DNA from: Lama guanicoe
Lineage: Eukaryota
Length of the DNA: 45,269 bases
Direction of reading: 5' to 3'
NCBI GenBank assembly: GCA_013239625.1
Contig: MU054197.1
Span: 1-45,269 of the forward strand
Part shown: piece after piece, positions 24,665 through 36,934 of the stretch
How positions within the stretch are numbered: the stretch's first letter is position 1
Layout of the letters: the number at the start of each line of letters is the position of its first letter
Position numbers and translations under genes: made by a program
The notes under the pieces: model-generated
The model's database searches: none
What the model saw: the letters and a program-made list of their open reading frames with translations, nothing else
Told to the model about the DNA's origin: nothing

Positions 24665-26338
24665 ATGGCACATATTTCTTCAGAAATTCAAGATGTGTCT
24701 CCTTCAGATGGATGAAATGGTTCAGGAAACTCCAGTAGATCTATATTGTGTGATCAAACATTCTCTGGGGACTTGGACTTAAGGTGTATGATTGAAGAAA
24801 ATGATTTTCAGACTTAGTCTGAAGAATCCTTGATAAAAAAAACCATGTTACACACATTGTGTCTTTGAACCAGATGAAGATAATGATTTTCGTTCTCTGA
24901 CATTTCCAAAAAAACTGTGGAAAATGTCTGGGAGTGGACAATTTAAATCCCTCTGGTGCGATGATAATGGAACTTCCATAGTGATAGATGAAGATGTCTT
25001 TAATAAGGAAGTTTTGTAAAGAAAGGCCCCTTTCACAATATTTGAACCTGGGAGTATGAAAAGTTTATTTAGACAGCTTAACCTTTATGGGTTTATTAAA
25101 GTGTGGCAGAATTTTCAGTGTTCTGATTGTCTAGCTGACTTTCTGGCAGAAGAAAAAGAAGTCTATGTTTTAAGCAAGGAATTCAGAAATTTTAGTTATG
25201 ACTTGATAACTTATATATAAAATTTTATTTTCTACATGAATCTATGGTAATATAAATGTAAAGCTAGATTTTGAAAATTGTAAAAAATTTTAAGGCCAAA
25301 TTTCTTTATTTTTTCTAAAAATGAGGACAGTGTCTAAGTATTCAAGATTATGGGAAACTTTGCTAGCAAATATAAATTTTATTTGAAACCTAAATAAAGG
25401 TATCAAAGCTGCTTTTCAAAAGTGGCACTCACCATTACTGCAAATGCTAACTTCTTAAATTTGATGACTATAGTATTTAAAAGTGTATTTTCCAAATAAG
25501 GAATTTCAAAATATCATCAGCTATGTTCATATTTTAAAGATATTATCTTTGCATAGTAAATGTGAAATCTGAGGTTTTATAGTTTAGGCTTATTTTAGTC
25601 TTGTATTTTGATTTAAATATTACTAAAATCTTTCTCATTTTGTTGTACCTGCAGATCTACCATAATCCAAATTTTAAACGAGGCTGTCCCCTGGTTTTAG
25701 AGAGAATAAATAGAAGAGTTGGGATTAAAAATGCCTCTTTGGTATCTTTATTGGCTAAAGATTTTGACAAGAAGCAATTTAAAGGAGGGGGAAATGTGAT
25801 TAAAAATAATTGTGATTTTGTGCTGACACTAGTGGAGAAAGTGCATTTTTACCTTCTGCAAATTTAAACATGCCTCTAATAAGAAAGCCCTCTACTAGCC
25901 ACAATATTTGTGATACAAATACCACTATCAGAGGTGATTTTTTCCTCCATCATCAATGTCAGTTAGACCACCAGAAAACCTGAAGTGGATCAATGTGCTA
26001 TTTTAAATCAGTGGACAACTTTTCACGGGCAATCTGAAAGCAACTACACTGAAGCAAATGGCTGTGTTGGGAACTTCATTTCAACTACAACTTCTACTTC
26101 TCAGTACATCATCTTGTCTCCCATACAGAGCAATTAATTTGGACTTATGGATGAGCCTTCTACTTTTCCAAATAGATATCACAAAATATCTGCCAATGAT
26201 GGTCGTTTTTCTAAACTTCAACCATGGAGCAACCCACGGTTCCCAGTGCCAGTGATAACTGATACATCAGCTACCTCTCTTTCAAGGTCAACTCATAAGC
26301 CATCTTCAGTTTATGAAGGTCAGCCTAATTACAAATTA
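24665..26338 (+). pseudogene. HSFY: Unprocessed HSFY pseudogene (heat shock transcription factor, Y-linked); exon 1 24665-25178, intron 25179-25648, exon 2 25649-26338
   Basis: Conceptual translation: MAHISSEIQDVSPSDG*...DLDLRCMIEENDFQT*SEESLIKK/PCYTHCVFEPDEDNDFRSLTFPKKLWKM...QFKSLWCDDNGTSIVIDEDVFNKEVL*RKAPFTIF...MKSLFRQLNLYGF...FLAEEKEVYVLSK | LQIYHNPNFKRGCPLVLERINRRVGIKNAS...QPNYK. This is an HSF DNA-binding domain with HSFY-type termini and a single intron. Stops at 24713, 24815, 25017, 26135; frameshifts near 24842, 25821, 25943, 25977. Confidence 0.95.
25179..25648 (+). other. HSFY: HSFY intron (470 bp, phase 0) with both splice sites mutated
   Basis: Donor reads AAG|GAattc instead of GT. 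Acceptor reads tttctcattttgttgtAC|CTG CAG instead of AG. Position inferred from the protein alignment ...VLSK|LQIYHNPNF. Confidence 0.8.
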
Positions 26339-26431
26339 TCTACCAGAGGACTACCAGATTATGCAGGATAACAAAGATTGAAATTGATGTTGGCAAATGT
26401 TGACAAATATCTGCAATTTTCTTATTTGAAC

Positions 26432-26437
26432 AATAAA
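26432..26437 (+). terminator. Putative polyadenylation signal of the HSFY gene
   Basis: AATAAA ~95 bp after the inferred ancestral stop position. Confidence 0.6.
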
Positions 26438-26959
26438 CATAAATGTGTACCTACATTTTCCTTATATTTTTTTAAAACACAGTAAAGTGTTAAATGGGAG
26501 ACTAAGCTACCATTCAAAGAAGAAAAGAGATATTTGATTGATATGATCATTTGATGGAACAATATGGGTGTAAATTTAAATTATTTCTATAAGGAATAAG
26601 ACAAAATGGAAGAATTTGGAAAAAGACTAAAATATGGAGAGAGGGAAAATTACTTAGTGGTTTCTGATTCAACCTGGAAAGTATTAAATGTGTAAGTTAC
26701 GATAGGTTGGAACGGCAAATAAATACTTGAACAGGCCCAGGGATCATGGTCTCTAATTTGTCATCCCTGGTATGATAAAGGTCACATGATGTAGTCTCAG
26801 ATGGCACATTCAGCATGTGGTAGAATTTAAGAAGTAATTTTATCTATGGTCTTCTTTGTGCTGTATTCAAAGCATTCCATTTGGAGCTTTCTTTTCCTCC
26901 CCTCAAGACTCTACACTATATTTTCAAGTGAATATTTTATGTTACATTTATGTTCCAGC

Positions 26960-27340
26960 CAAAGACAAGCTTACATCCTCAGGGTGGCACTTAATGCGTT
27001 TCCAAATCTAAGCTCACAAATTCAACATAGTTTAGTAATTACTTTATAGATCTGGCATCTGACATCCTTGACATATCTTTATTTTTCTATGCTTCTGGAG
27101 ATATATCCAGGCAAATGTTTGTTAACTGTATTAAATCCAACCTCACATCTTTTGCTCCAGCTCAGCCTTGAACTTAGGATATCCTCCTTTTACCTATTTA
27201 GACTTTCCCAGACTTAGCACAGAAATCACCTCCTCCAGATATTTTCTGTCTATCCCCCTTTCTTTGTCTTACTTGGATACCAGCACAGTAAGCACATCAC
27301 ATGCCACAGAATGCATTTTAGTATTTAGTGAATGAAAAAT
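26960..27340 (+). mobile_element. Possible ancient LINE-2 3' fragment
   Basis: cttagcacagaaatcacctcctccaga and cagcacagt...tagtatttagtgaatgaaaa resemble L2 3' consensus motifs; very diverged. Confidence 0.4.
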
Positions 27341-27539
27341 ACATGTTGACTTTAAGCAAAATCTACTTTCCTGAAACAACAAAACTCTCATGGTTTTCAA
27401 ACTATTTCATTATGGTCTTTACTCTTCACCACAAACTAGCTCTTTTCATAGCCTAAGTCCTTGTCAATCAAGACAGTAATTGGAGGTAGGTGCTGGAGGC
27501 AAAGTATTATTTTCTTCTTAATTCGTGCCTCCAGATTCC

Positions 27540-29360
27540 TAAAGCTTTCCATTATCATTTGCTGGATATTTTTCCTGTCTCTTTATCACCCACCCACCCC
27601 AAAATAGCTGATTCTCTTTCCCATGCCAAAAACTATACTGCCTTCTAATTAATTTACTTCTTAGAATCAGAGGTTTATCCAGAATAGAGAGTGATATTGC
27701 AATCATTTTATGTAGGTTTATGTACCCCACAAAACTAGTGCCCCTTCTAACCTTCACACAGTAAGTATCAAAGAGGTACTAACCCCTTGGTTGTGGTGGT
27801 CGTATTCAGTAACCAAATTGCAATCCAAACTATGTGGACTACAAAGTGGTGAGGGTAGTAGAATTAAAAATTTGCCCAACTACAAGAACACCAAATTTCT
27901 GCAGATATTAAGAAATATAAAATATTCATGGAAGACTTTGACTATTTCCCATTAATTTAAAATAAATGGTGAAGCATTTTCAGAATGTGTTATGCCCTGA
28001 AATGCTGGAAAAATTGTAGGCTAGGTCAGGGAGCCTAGGGCTTCTGCTCACTATCATGCAGCCAGTGTCAGCCGATAAGACTGGAATGAAAACATTGAGT
28101 CCTGAAAATGTGTCACCAGTTGTGATGAAATCTTTTGATAATATGGAGAGTGGGAAAATGGGCCAGGGTAAACTCTATCATCATCATATCAATATGACTT
28201 TACCAAGAGAAGGAAAGAGCCCACTTGCAGCAGGAGATCTGTGTCTGGACAGCAGTGGTTGTTCCTACAACAGAAACATCAAGCTTTAAATTTGTCAGCT
28301 TAACTCTGATGATGGCTATGTTGTTGCTTACATTAGCAGTCTGGGGTTCAGATGAGCTGGTTCAGCAGGTAGTTTCCAGCTCTCTTATCAGACAGTGGGT
28401 CTTACCGTGATCATCATAACATGGTTCTACACTGATAAGTCAAAAGGTACAGTTTACTTTCAAAATTAGAAAGCCTAAAGAAGAGTATTGTTTCTCCATC
28501 TGTAGACTTCTACCTGGGAAAACTAGACTATTGGTAAAAGTACAAAAGTTGGCTGTTGCTTTGAACACTAGTTCTCTGATCTCTGCCCACTGAATTCTTC
28601 CCACTAAATACTACAAGTCTGTCTACCACTGTGTGTGTGTGAAGACAATTTGTTAAGCAGTAACTAAGTTTGTCTTATTTGAGTCATCAGTGAATTATTC
28701 CTCTGCATCTGGCAGAATCTCTGTGAATTAAGAGTTTCAGTGAGCCACTAGATTTTATTACGATCATGGGGAGGTAGATTATATTTCTCCCAGTATACTA
28801 ATTGTTACCTGTTCATTGAATCCCCAGCTGATGCTAGGGTCATTACACTGAAACCTTGAATGGATCTGAGGCATATACATACACCTGTCACCAGGGCCCA
28901 GCACAGGACTGTGTCTCCTTTTTAATTTAAGCTTATGTGCAAGTATTTTCTTCTTTTAATTCTAATTGTTGACACAGTTTATTTTGGTTTTGAACACCCA
29001 TTGACTAATTTATAGAGACTGAAACATGATGTATTCCCATTCAACTACACATTGCAATAACCTTTCTTTTGTTGTACTACCTGGATTAGAGTGACCATAG
29101 TCATCATTTTGAAAGCAGTCCTCAGTCCTAATAATGCAGAAACTTTACATTATTTTGCCAGCACTTGAGCGAGAATGTTTGTTGTGGATCTCAGGGATTA
29201 TCCTCACATCCCCTAATGCAACCATGAGAAAACATATTGTTATCCAAAATCAAGTCTTTGTCAGTATTGCATTCCCATTGCAAAACAGTTAAGAATTGAA
29301 GGAGTTCTGAGATTTTACCATGCTGAGATTTTTAGCAACCTAGCATGTTCCTTTCTTACT
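27540..29360 (-). mobile_element. Possible ancient ERV-L-class internal remnant (protease and RT traces)
   Basis: Minus strand gives NVFIPVLSADTGC (D-T-G at 28069-28061) and, further downstream, SFVGYINLHKMIAISLSILDKPL...LIRRQYSFWHGKENQ, resembling an RT thumb motif. The order is consistent with LTR-gag-pro-RT. Confidence 0.4.
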
Positions 29361-29364
29361 GTTT

Positions 29365-29680
29365 CTATTGGGGAGATGAGAACTTTGGTCAGAGACAGTG
29401 AACTTTATCACTCACAGCATAAGCAGCCATTGTTACCTATTTTATCCATTCCCTAATCTCAGATGAATACACAGAGTAAAATTTTGATGCCTATAGATTT
29501 AGTGGGCTGTTATCATGAAGAAAGTTTAAGACATGGTAAAACACTAATTATATTAGTATCTTTATGCATTAATTATTAGAATCATTTATTTATTTGTATC
29601 TTTACCTAGGATAAGTCTATCATGACTCAAGATTACTTGCTGCAAAAACAATCATGAGAAATGGCATGGGAAACCATGAT
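29365..29680 (-). mobile_element. Possible ERV-L-class LTR remnant (MER76-like by recollection)
   Basis: gagaactttggtcagagacagtgaactttatcactcacagca and ttgctgcaaaaacaatcatgagaaatggc resemble old eutherian ERVL LTR sequence; bounded on the right by an L1 tail. Family name and strand are tentative. Confidence 0.35.
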
Positions 29681-29699
29681 CATTGTATTTCCATTTTTC

Positions 29700-32600
29700 C
29701 TTCTGCTTTTATTGAGATGTAATTGACATAAAACATTGTGTAAGTTTAGATGCACAGGGTAGATATTTGAGTTACATGTATCATGAAATAAATATTATAG
29801 CAACTTTAGGGAGAATTCCTCTTCTCTTTCAGATAAAATATTAAAGAAATCCAATTTGTCTTTTGGTTGTGATGAGAAAACTTATGGTCTACTCCCTTAA
29901 CAGCATTCATATATAACATAAAGCTGTATTTATTGTATTTATCATGTTAATGTGTATCATCCCTTGGACACGTTTATTTAACAGCTGGAAGTTGTATCTT
30001 TCTAGTACATTAACCTAAATTTCCTTTCCCATCTCCTGCCTCTGTTAACTACAAATCTGTTTTTTTCTATAAGTATGTTTGTTTGTTTTTGAAGTGTAAT
30101 TTAACATATAACACTGTGTTAGTTTCTCTTACATAACATACTGTTTGCAAATTTTAATACATTTCAAGCTGATCGCAAGAATAAATCTTGCTATGCTATT
30201 TAAATATATTTCATAGTTATTGACTATTCCCCATACAGTATATTTCTTGTCCGTGACTCATTTAATTTACAACTTGGAAATTTTCTCTCTTAATTTTCTT
30301 CAACTATTCCTTTTTCTTCACCACATTCCCCTAATTCTTGTAAGCAACCTGTTTCTTTCTATATCTATAACTACTTTTCTGTTTTGTTACATTCATTTGT
30401 TTTATATTCCAAATATGAGTTAAAATCATTTAGCATTTGTCATTATCTGTCTGACTTATTCACTTTGAAAATTACCCTCTTTGTCTGCCCATTTGTTGCA
30501 ACTGACAAGTAATTATACTTTTTAGAGCTGAGTAATAACCCATTGAAATTTTATGTGTGTGTGTGCATATATATATATATATATAGTGTGCATATATATT
30601 TATTAGTGTGTGTGTATATATATATACAAATATAGATAAATCTGTAGTTAATAGATGAGTAGATATATATACTATAGACACACATTTTCTTTATTCATCA
30701 TTTATTTATGAGCAATATATTTGCTTCTATATCCTGGCTATTTTAAATAATGCGCAGTGAATATAGGGTTGAATTTATCTTTTCTGATTAGTGTTTTTAT
30801 TATCTTGGAATAAGAATCCAGGTATGGAAATGTTGGATCATATTTCATTTTTAATTTTTAGATAAAACTCCAGAGTGTTTTCCACAGTGGCAGTACAAAT
30901 TTACATTCACTGAAGCATTGGATAAGGATTCTTTTACTTACATCCTCACCAATATTATATTTGTTATCTTTTTGATCATAGTCATTCTTACAGGAGTGAC
31001 ATAAAATCTTGTGTTATTGACTTGCATTTTTCTGAAGGTTAGTCATCTTGACCATTTTCATGTGCCTGTTTTTTATCTATCTCCAACTGTATATTCATTT
31101 TTTGGTAATGGGCTAAATGACCATAACTGTCTGATTTCATTTTTAGGCATTCTTTGTGTTCCATTATTCTGTTTGTTCCGTGCCACTACCAGATTCATTA
31201 CTGCAGCCTTGTAATATAGTTTAAAATCAGGGACAGTGATACTTCCTCTTTGTTCTTTGTCAAAGAAATTGTGTTTTTAGTTTGTTTTCTTTTCTTTTCT
31301 TTTTTAGTGATTTCAACACTTTTGTGTTTACATGTAAATTTAAGAATTATTTTTTGTGTCTGAAAATGCCTTTTGTATTTTGATAGGCCCTGAATTTAAT
31401 TTGTGTATTTTCTTGGCTAGTACTGTCATTTAAACAATATTCAATTCCTAATATATGAACAGATTATTTCCTTTCATCTGTTTGCATTATCTTCAATTTC
31501 TGTTTTAAATATTTAATAGTTTTCTGAGTACAGGTCTTTTACCTCCTTGGTTGGATAGATTACTTGATTTATTTTTTTTGTAATGCAACTCTAAATGAGA
31601 CAGTTCTCTCTCTTTCTCTATCTGTTAGCTTGCTGTTAGTGTACAGAAATGCAATATTTCTGTATGTTATTTTTACATTCTGAAATTTTACCAAATGCAT
31701 TGATAATACCTTGTAGTTTTGTAGCATCTTCTTTGGGATTTCTGATTAAGTATTTCATCTGCAAACAGATACTTTTACTCCATTTCTGAAATAGATATAT
31801 TTTATATACTTTTATTTTAGAAATCTATGGCTTGAATTTCCAATACTACACTGAATAACAGTGGAAAGAGTGAGCATTCTTGTCTTCTTCCTGCTTTTAC
31901 AGGAGATGATTTCTGCTTTTAACCATTGAGTGTCATGTTAGCTGAGTTTTTGTCATTTATGAACTTAACTGTGTTGAGGTATGTTTCCTCATGCCCACTT
32001 TGAGTAGAAATGTAATCATAAATAGATACTGAATTAGTCAAAACATTTTATGACCCTTTTGAGGTGACCATATAATTTTTATTTTTCAATTTGCTAGTTT
32101 GGTGTATTATATTGATTAATTTGTGGGTAATGAATCAGTTTTGCATACCTGGAATAAAATGTACTTAAACATACTGTATAATCCTTTTAATGTTTTGTTG
32201 GCTTTGCGAACAATTTAGTGATGATTTTTGCATCTATGATTATCAGTAGTATTTAACCTGTAATTTTATGGTTATTTATCCCTGTTTTAGTAGTAGTGTG
32301 ATACAGAAATGTGAGTTAGGAAGCCTTCTTCCCTCTACTAATATTTGGAATTCTCTGAAAAGTATAGGTGATATCTCTTCTCTAAATGTTTGGCAGAAGT
32401 CACCTGTGAAGCTGTTGTGGCCTGGAATTATGTTTCTTGGGAGATTTTGTTTAATTACTTATTCTATTTGATTAGTGAAAATCTGTTAAAATTATCTATT
32501 TCTCATTCCATCCTGGAGATTATGTCTTTCTAAGAAATTGTCCATTTCTTCTAGGGATTCCATTTTAATTGGAATATAATTTTTTGTATCATTTATGAGG

Positions 32601-33085
32601 CTTTGTGTTACTTTGATATAAGCTGTAACTTCTCATTTATTTTGGAGCTTTTTAATCTGTTCTCTGTTTTTTGCTCATGAGTCACATTAAAGTTGATCAG
32701 TTATATTTATCTTTCAAAAGGCATTATTTAGTTTGATTAGATGTTTCTATTTTTAATCTTTATTTTATTAATTCATGTTCTGACCTTTCAGCTGTCTTTC
32801 CTTCTACTAAAAAGTTTGTTTATTATTTTCTACATCTTTTGTTTGTAAGATTATATTTTAAAAGAGAGATGTTTCTAATTTGTATAAGTGGGATTATTTT
32901 CCTATAAGCATCCCTATTAATACTGCTTTTGCTATACCCCATGGACTTTGTTTTTGTTGTCATATTTCTTTATATATTTTTCTTTGATTTATGCAGCAAT
33001 CCATTGGTTGCTTAATGTTGTATGATTTATCCTCCACACTTTAAAACTTTTCTCAGGTTTTTCCTTTTAGTAAATTTCTATTCTC
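29700..33085 (-). mobile_element. Old LINE-1 (3' UTR plus ORF2 with internal deletion), minus strand
   Basis: Reverse-complement tails ttttattgagatgtaattgacata (~29707) and ttttgaagtgtaatttaacatataac (~30087); atttcatctgcaaacag (reverse complement of LFADE); gtggaaagagtgagcattcttgtc. Confidence 0.85.
30553..30684. repeat. Compound (TG)n/(TA)n microsatellite
   Basis: atgtgtgtgtgtgcatatatatatatatatatagtgtgcatatata... Confidence 0.9.
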
Positions 33086-33099
33086 ACAGAATCCATATG

Positions 33100-34700
33100 T
33101 TTTTACACAGAATCCTTTTTTCACAAAACAAGGTGAAAAATAATAAAATTTATACAAAATTGTGAAAGACCCAAATTTTCTAAAATTATCTTCGAAAAAT
33201 GAACAAAGCTGTGGGTATTACCCTCCCTGCATTTAGAACATACTATAAAGCTGCAGTAACCAAAACATCAAAATATATCACTAAAAGTGTCACATAGATC
33301 AATGGAACAAAATAAATAGTCGTAAAATAAACCCACACTCATATGGTCAGTTAGTCTACAATGAAGGAGGCAAGAGTATACAATGGAAAAAGGGCAATCT
33401 CTTCAACAAGTTGTTCTGGGAAAACTGAACAGTACATGTAAAAGAAATATGTAAGAGCACTTTCTTCCATAGTATACAAAATAAGATAAAAATGGATTTA
33501 TTTCCCAAATGTAAAACTTGAAACTAAACAATTACTGACCAAGAACTGGAGCAGAATTGCCTTTGTGATAAATCATAGCAATATTTATTTTTGATCTATC
33601 TCCTAATTAAAAAAAAGGAAAATCAACAATAACAGACTTTAATTATACTAGGGAAAAATAGATGAACTATGTGATACAGTGATTCCACTTCTTGAATACT
33701 TGTGAAGTGCAAAACCTTTTGCAGAGCAAAGGAAACCTTCAGCAAGACTTATGACAACACACAGAATAAAAGGAAGAATTTCAGACAATTAAATTAACAT
33801 TTTGTTAATATCCATAATATATATATAGCATATTAGAATCAATATTTTAAAAAAAAGACCTCAACATAAAATCAGTTGAAATATATTTATTCAAACTTTT
33901 CAAAAACAGACATGTGGATGATTTTCATGCACATGAAAAGAAACATAACTTTGCTATTCATTAGGAAATCATAAATCAAAACCAGAATGAAATATAATCT
34001 CACAGAAACCAAAATGGCTATTAACAAAAGTCTTCAAAAGACAAACATTAATAAGAATGTCAATAAAAGGGAACCCAGTTACACTGTTGGTGGAAATATA
34101 AATTAATGCATCTACTATTATAAAATTGTGGACAGTGCTCAGAAAACGAGAAATAGAAGCATTATATTTTGCAGCAATTCCAGTTTTTGGTATAAATCTC
34201 AGAAAAAAATGCAAACATTAACTTAAAGTGTATATTACCACCAATATTCTTAACATCATCATTTATATTATCCAAGGATAGATGCAAAAATCAACTGCCC
34301 ATCAACAGATGATTCGCTGAAGTAGATGTGAGATATAGATAACATAATAAATATTTAGTCATTTTCATATTAAAAAATAATATTCTGCCATTTGGAATAA
34401 TGTGAATGGACCCAGAGAGTGTTGCACATAGGAAAATAAGTCATACAGAGAAAAACAATCTACATTGTCACTTAAATGAGGAAAATAAATATATAAGAGA
34501 AATAATCATAAAAAATAAAAAACAGAACCAAGGAACAGAATCACATATATATGTGTACTGTACTAAGTAGTGGTTTCCTGTGTGGACAGGGAAGAAGGAT
34601 GGAGAAGACAGAAATGTGCAAGCTACTAATAATACATTAGAGAACCAACAGGGCTATATTTACAGCACAGAGAAATATTGTAATAATTTAATTGATTTTA
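33100..34700 (+). mobile_element. Old LINE-1 ORF2 C-terminus and 3' UTR; its right part is the paralog of 1-1160
   Basis: gaacaaagctgtgggtattaccctccctgcatttagaacatactataaagctgcagtaaccaaaac; atagatcaatggaacaaaata; continues into the duplicated block. Confidence 0.85.
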
Positions 34701-34879
34701 AAAAATTATAGGGATATATTATAGTAAAATGTGCATGTAAGTGGGAAAAACTTTGACGAAAAGAACCCAGGAAATCAAAGTATTTTGTTGTACTATGGTA
34801 TTAGAGGAGGTGATTTGTTCACTTTCTTCAGCTTTCTTATAATGCCCTTAGTAGAATTTAAGCTTTTAATTGAAAAAGG

Positions 34880-36930
34880 ATTTACTTTTATGTGTGACAT
34901 AAGTTTAAACAATTTTTGTCTCTCCCCTTACATCTACAGTCAGTAAAAGTTCAGATCTCAACAAAAGTAACTACAACACAAAGCAATACTCCAGAACACA
35001 TGAGAACAGGTGAAGTTTGGTGGACTAAAACAGACAAAGGTTGCTGAAGTGAGGTAAAAGCAGATTTGGTGTCTGCAACCAAGGCCCCCTGACTAGGATA
35101 TCTGAGTCCACAAGTTCAGAGAACCCAGCAGAAACAGGGTCTCAGTGGTTCATACAGCTTCAGCCCCCAACTGCAACAGTACTCATGGTCATATGTAACT
35201 TGAGGGAGCCACAATGGAGACAGAAATTCCATCCTTCAGACACTCAGACATTCATGAAATTGTCCCTACTCCCCATTCACAGTGGCGGAGACAAGTTACC
35301 TTGCAACACTAGACATAGTAAAGGCACTTGCCTGATTCCAAATACCCACCTGTCTTTACAAATTTTCTCAATGTGTACACTCTCAGAGGATATCAGATAA
35401 AATGTAGGGTTCAACGTCCCAGTGACAACAGTGGCATTAACTACCAGAGAAGTCTAAGAAGTGACAATGAAAGCACATATTTTATCCAGACAGCATTTAC
35501 TGGAAAGTGCCATTTTGAAATATTATCTGAGGTAGCTCAGGTAAGTAAAACCAAAAATTGTACAGTATTGTAAACTACCAGAAAACAAAAGCAAAGACTC
35601 CAACTCCCAATCTGTTATTTAGTGTCATCAGAGCAATAATTTATCAAAACCATGACCAATCACAGTAAAATTATAGGGGACGCACACACATAGATACACA
35701 GACACATATACCTACACAGAGAAAGACACACACGCACACACACCTGAACACACACTCACAATGTCAGCCCTGCAGCTAACAAATTTAAAGTCATGGTATA
35801 TTACCATATAACAAATAGAGAATCCAAATATGTGTCATACAGAGACACAATACAAAAATCTTTACTAAGAAAGCAGGTTAGTGAGCCCAGGAATAAATGA
35901 AAATATGATAAGTTATACATTACCAAAGAGACTGAAACTATAATATAACCAAACATTATTGGAGGACCAGGAGAACTTAATAAATGAGATGAAGAATACA
36001 ACAGAAAGCACTGGAAGTAGACTGTCTTTGTGGAAGAGAGATTAGCAAACTCAGCAATACAAAACTAAAAATGATAGGAGAGGGCAGAGATACAAGATAT
36101 TAAAAAGTGGGGAAATTAAACAGTAGCCATCAGACTTCCACAGGAAGTGCACATTAGAGTGGAATCCTGGAGGGAGAAGAAAGTTAGAAGGCAGCTGATT
36201 TTTTTTTAAAGAATTAATAGTTGATAACTTCCTGAACCTGTGAAAGGAACTGATATACAAGTCTGTGAGCCAACAAAACACCAATAAATTTAAGAATGGG
36301 ACCTCCTTCAAGATTCGTCATATGCAAATTGGCAAGTCAATGACAGAGAAAATATTTTAAAGGCAGCCAAAGAAAGTTATGATAATCTCCAAAGGAACCC
36401 CCATTAGGCCATCAGCACATGTCTGAGCAGAAAATATGTCTTAGCAGAAAACATAGGCCAAGGGTAAATAAAATTACATTTTTAAACTACTGTAATAAGA
36501 AATAACTCACCCAATACTAATTACACTGCTATCACTTAGATATAAAGTGAAAATAAAGACTTTACCAGACAAACAAACCCTGAATATGATTAAAAAAAGA
36601 AAACTGAGATATCTTATAAGAGGTGTCGAAAACAAGTCTTCTAAGAAATATAAAATGGCAAAAACATGCAAAACATTGACCAAAATCCTAAGGAGAAACC
36701 ACGAGAAAGTTGCAACTGTTTCTTTGGTTATGTTTTTAAATGCTACTATACTATATGGATTAAAGATTGAAAAATAGGGAATCAGGGGCAATAAATATAC
36801 ATACTTCACACTGGTAACATGTTAACAACAGTAAAAGAAATAATTTCAGTCAGTAATCATAAAAGGTAAAGAGTAAAAATAAAACAATATTAAAGGAAGC
36901 TTCTATCAGCGGAAAAATGACTAAATTATA
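34880..36930 (+). mobile_element. Old LINE-1 5' region and ORF1 remnant (paralog of 1330-3400)
   Basis: ORF 36547..36777 MKIKTLPDKQTL is paralogous to 3016..3246; colinear DNA. Confidence 0.75.
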
Positions 36931-36934
36931 CATG

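Noticed and set aside
24579..25036. ORFs 24579..24782, 24741..24941 and 24848..25036 as genes
   Set aside because: Off-frame or antisense shadows of HSFY exon 1.
26147..26371. 74-aa ORF as a functional truncated HSFY
   Set aside because: C-terminal remnant after multiple upstream lesions; it lacks the DNA-binding domain and there is no expression evidence.
28056..28410. Plus-strand ORFs as exons of a second amplicon gene (e.g. ZNF280-like)
   Set aside because: No zinc-finger or other recognisable motif; the minus strand fits an ERV remnant better.
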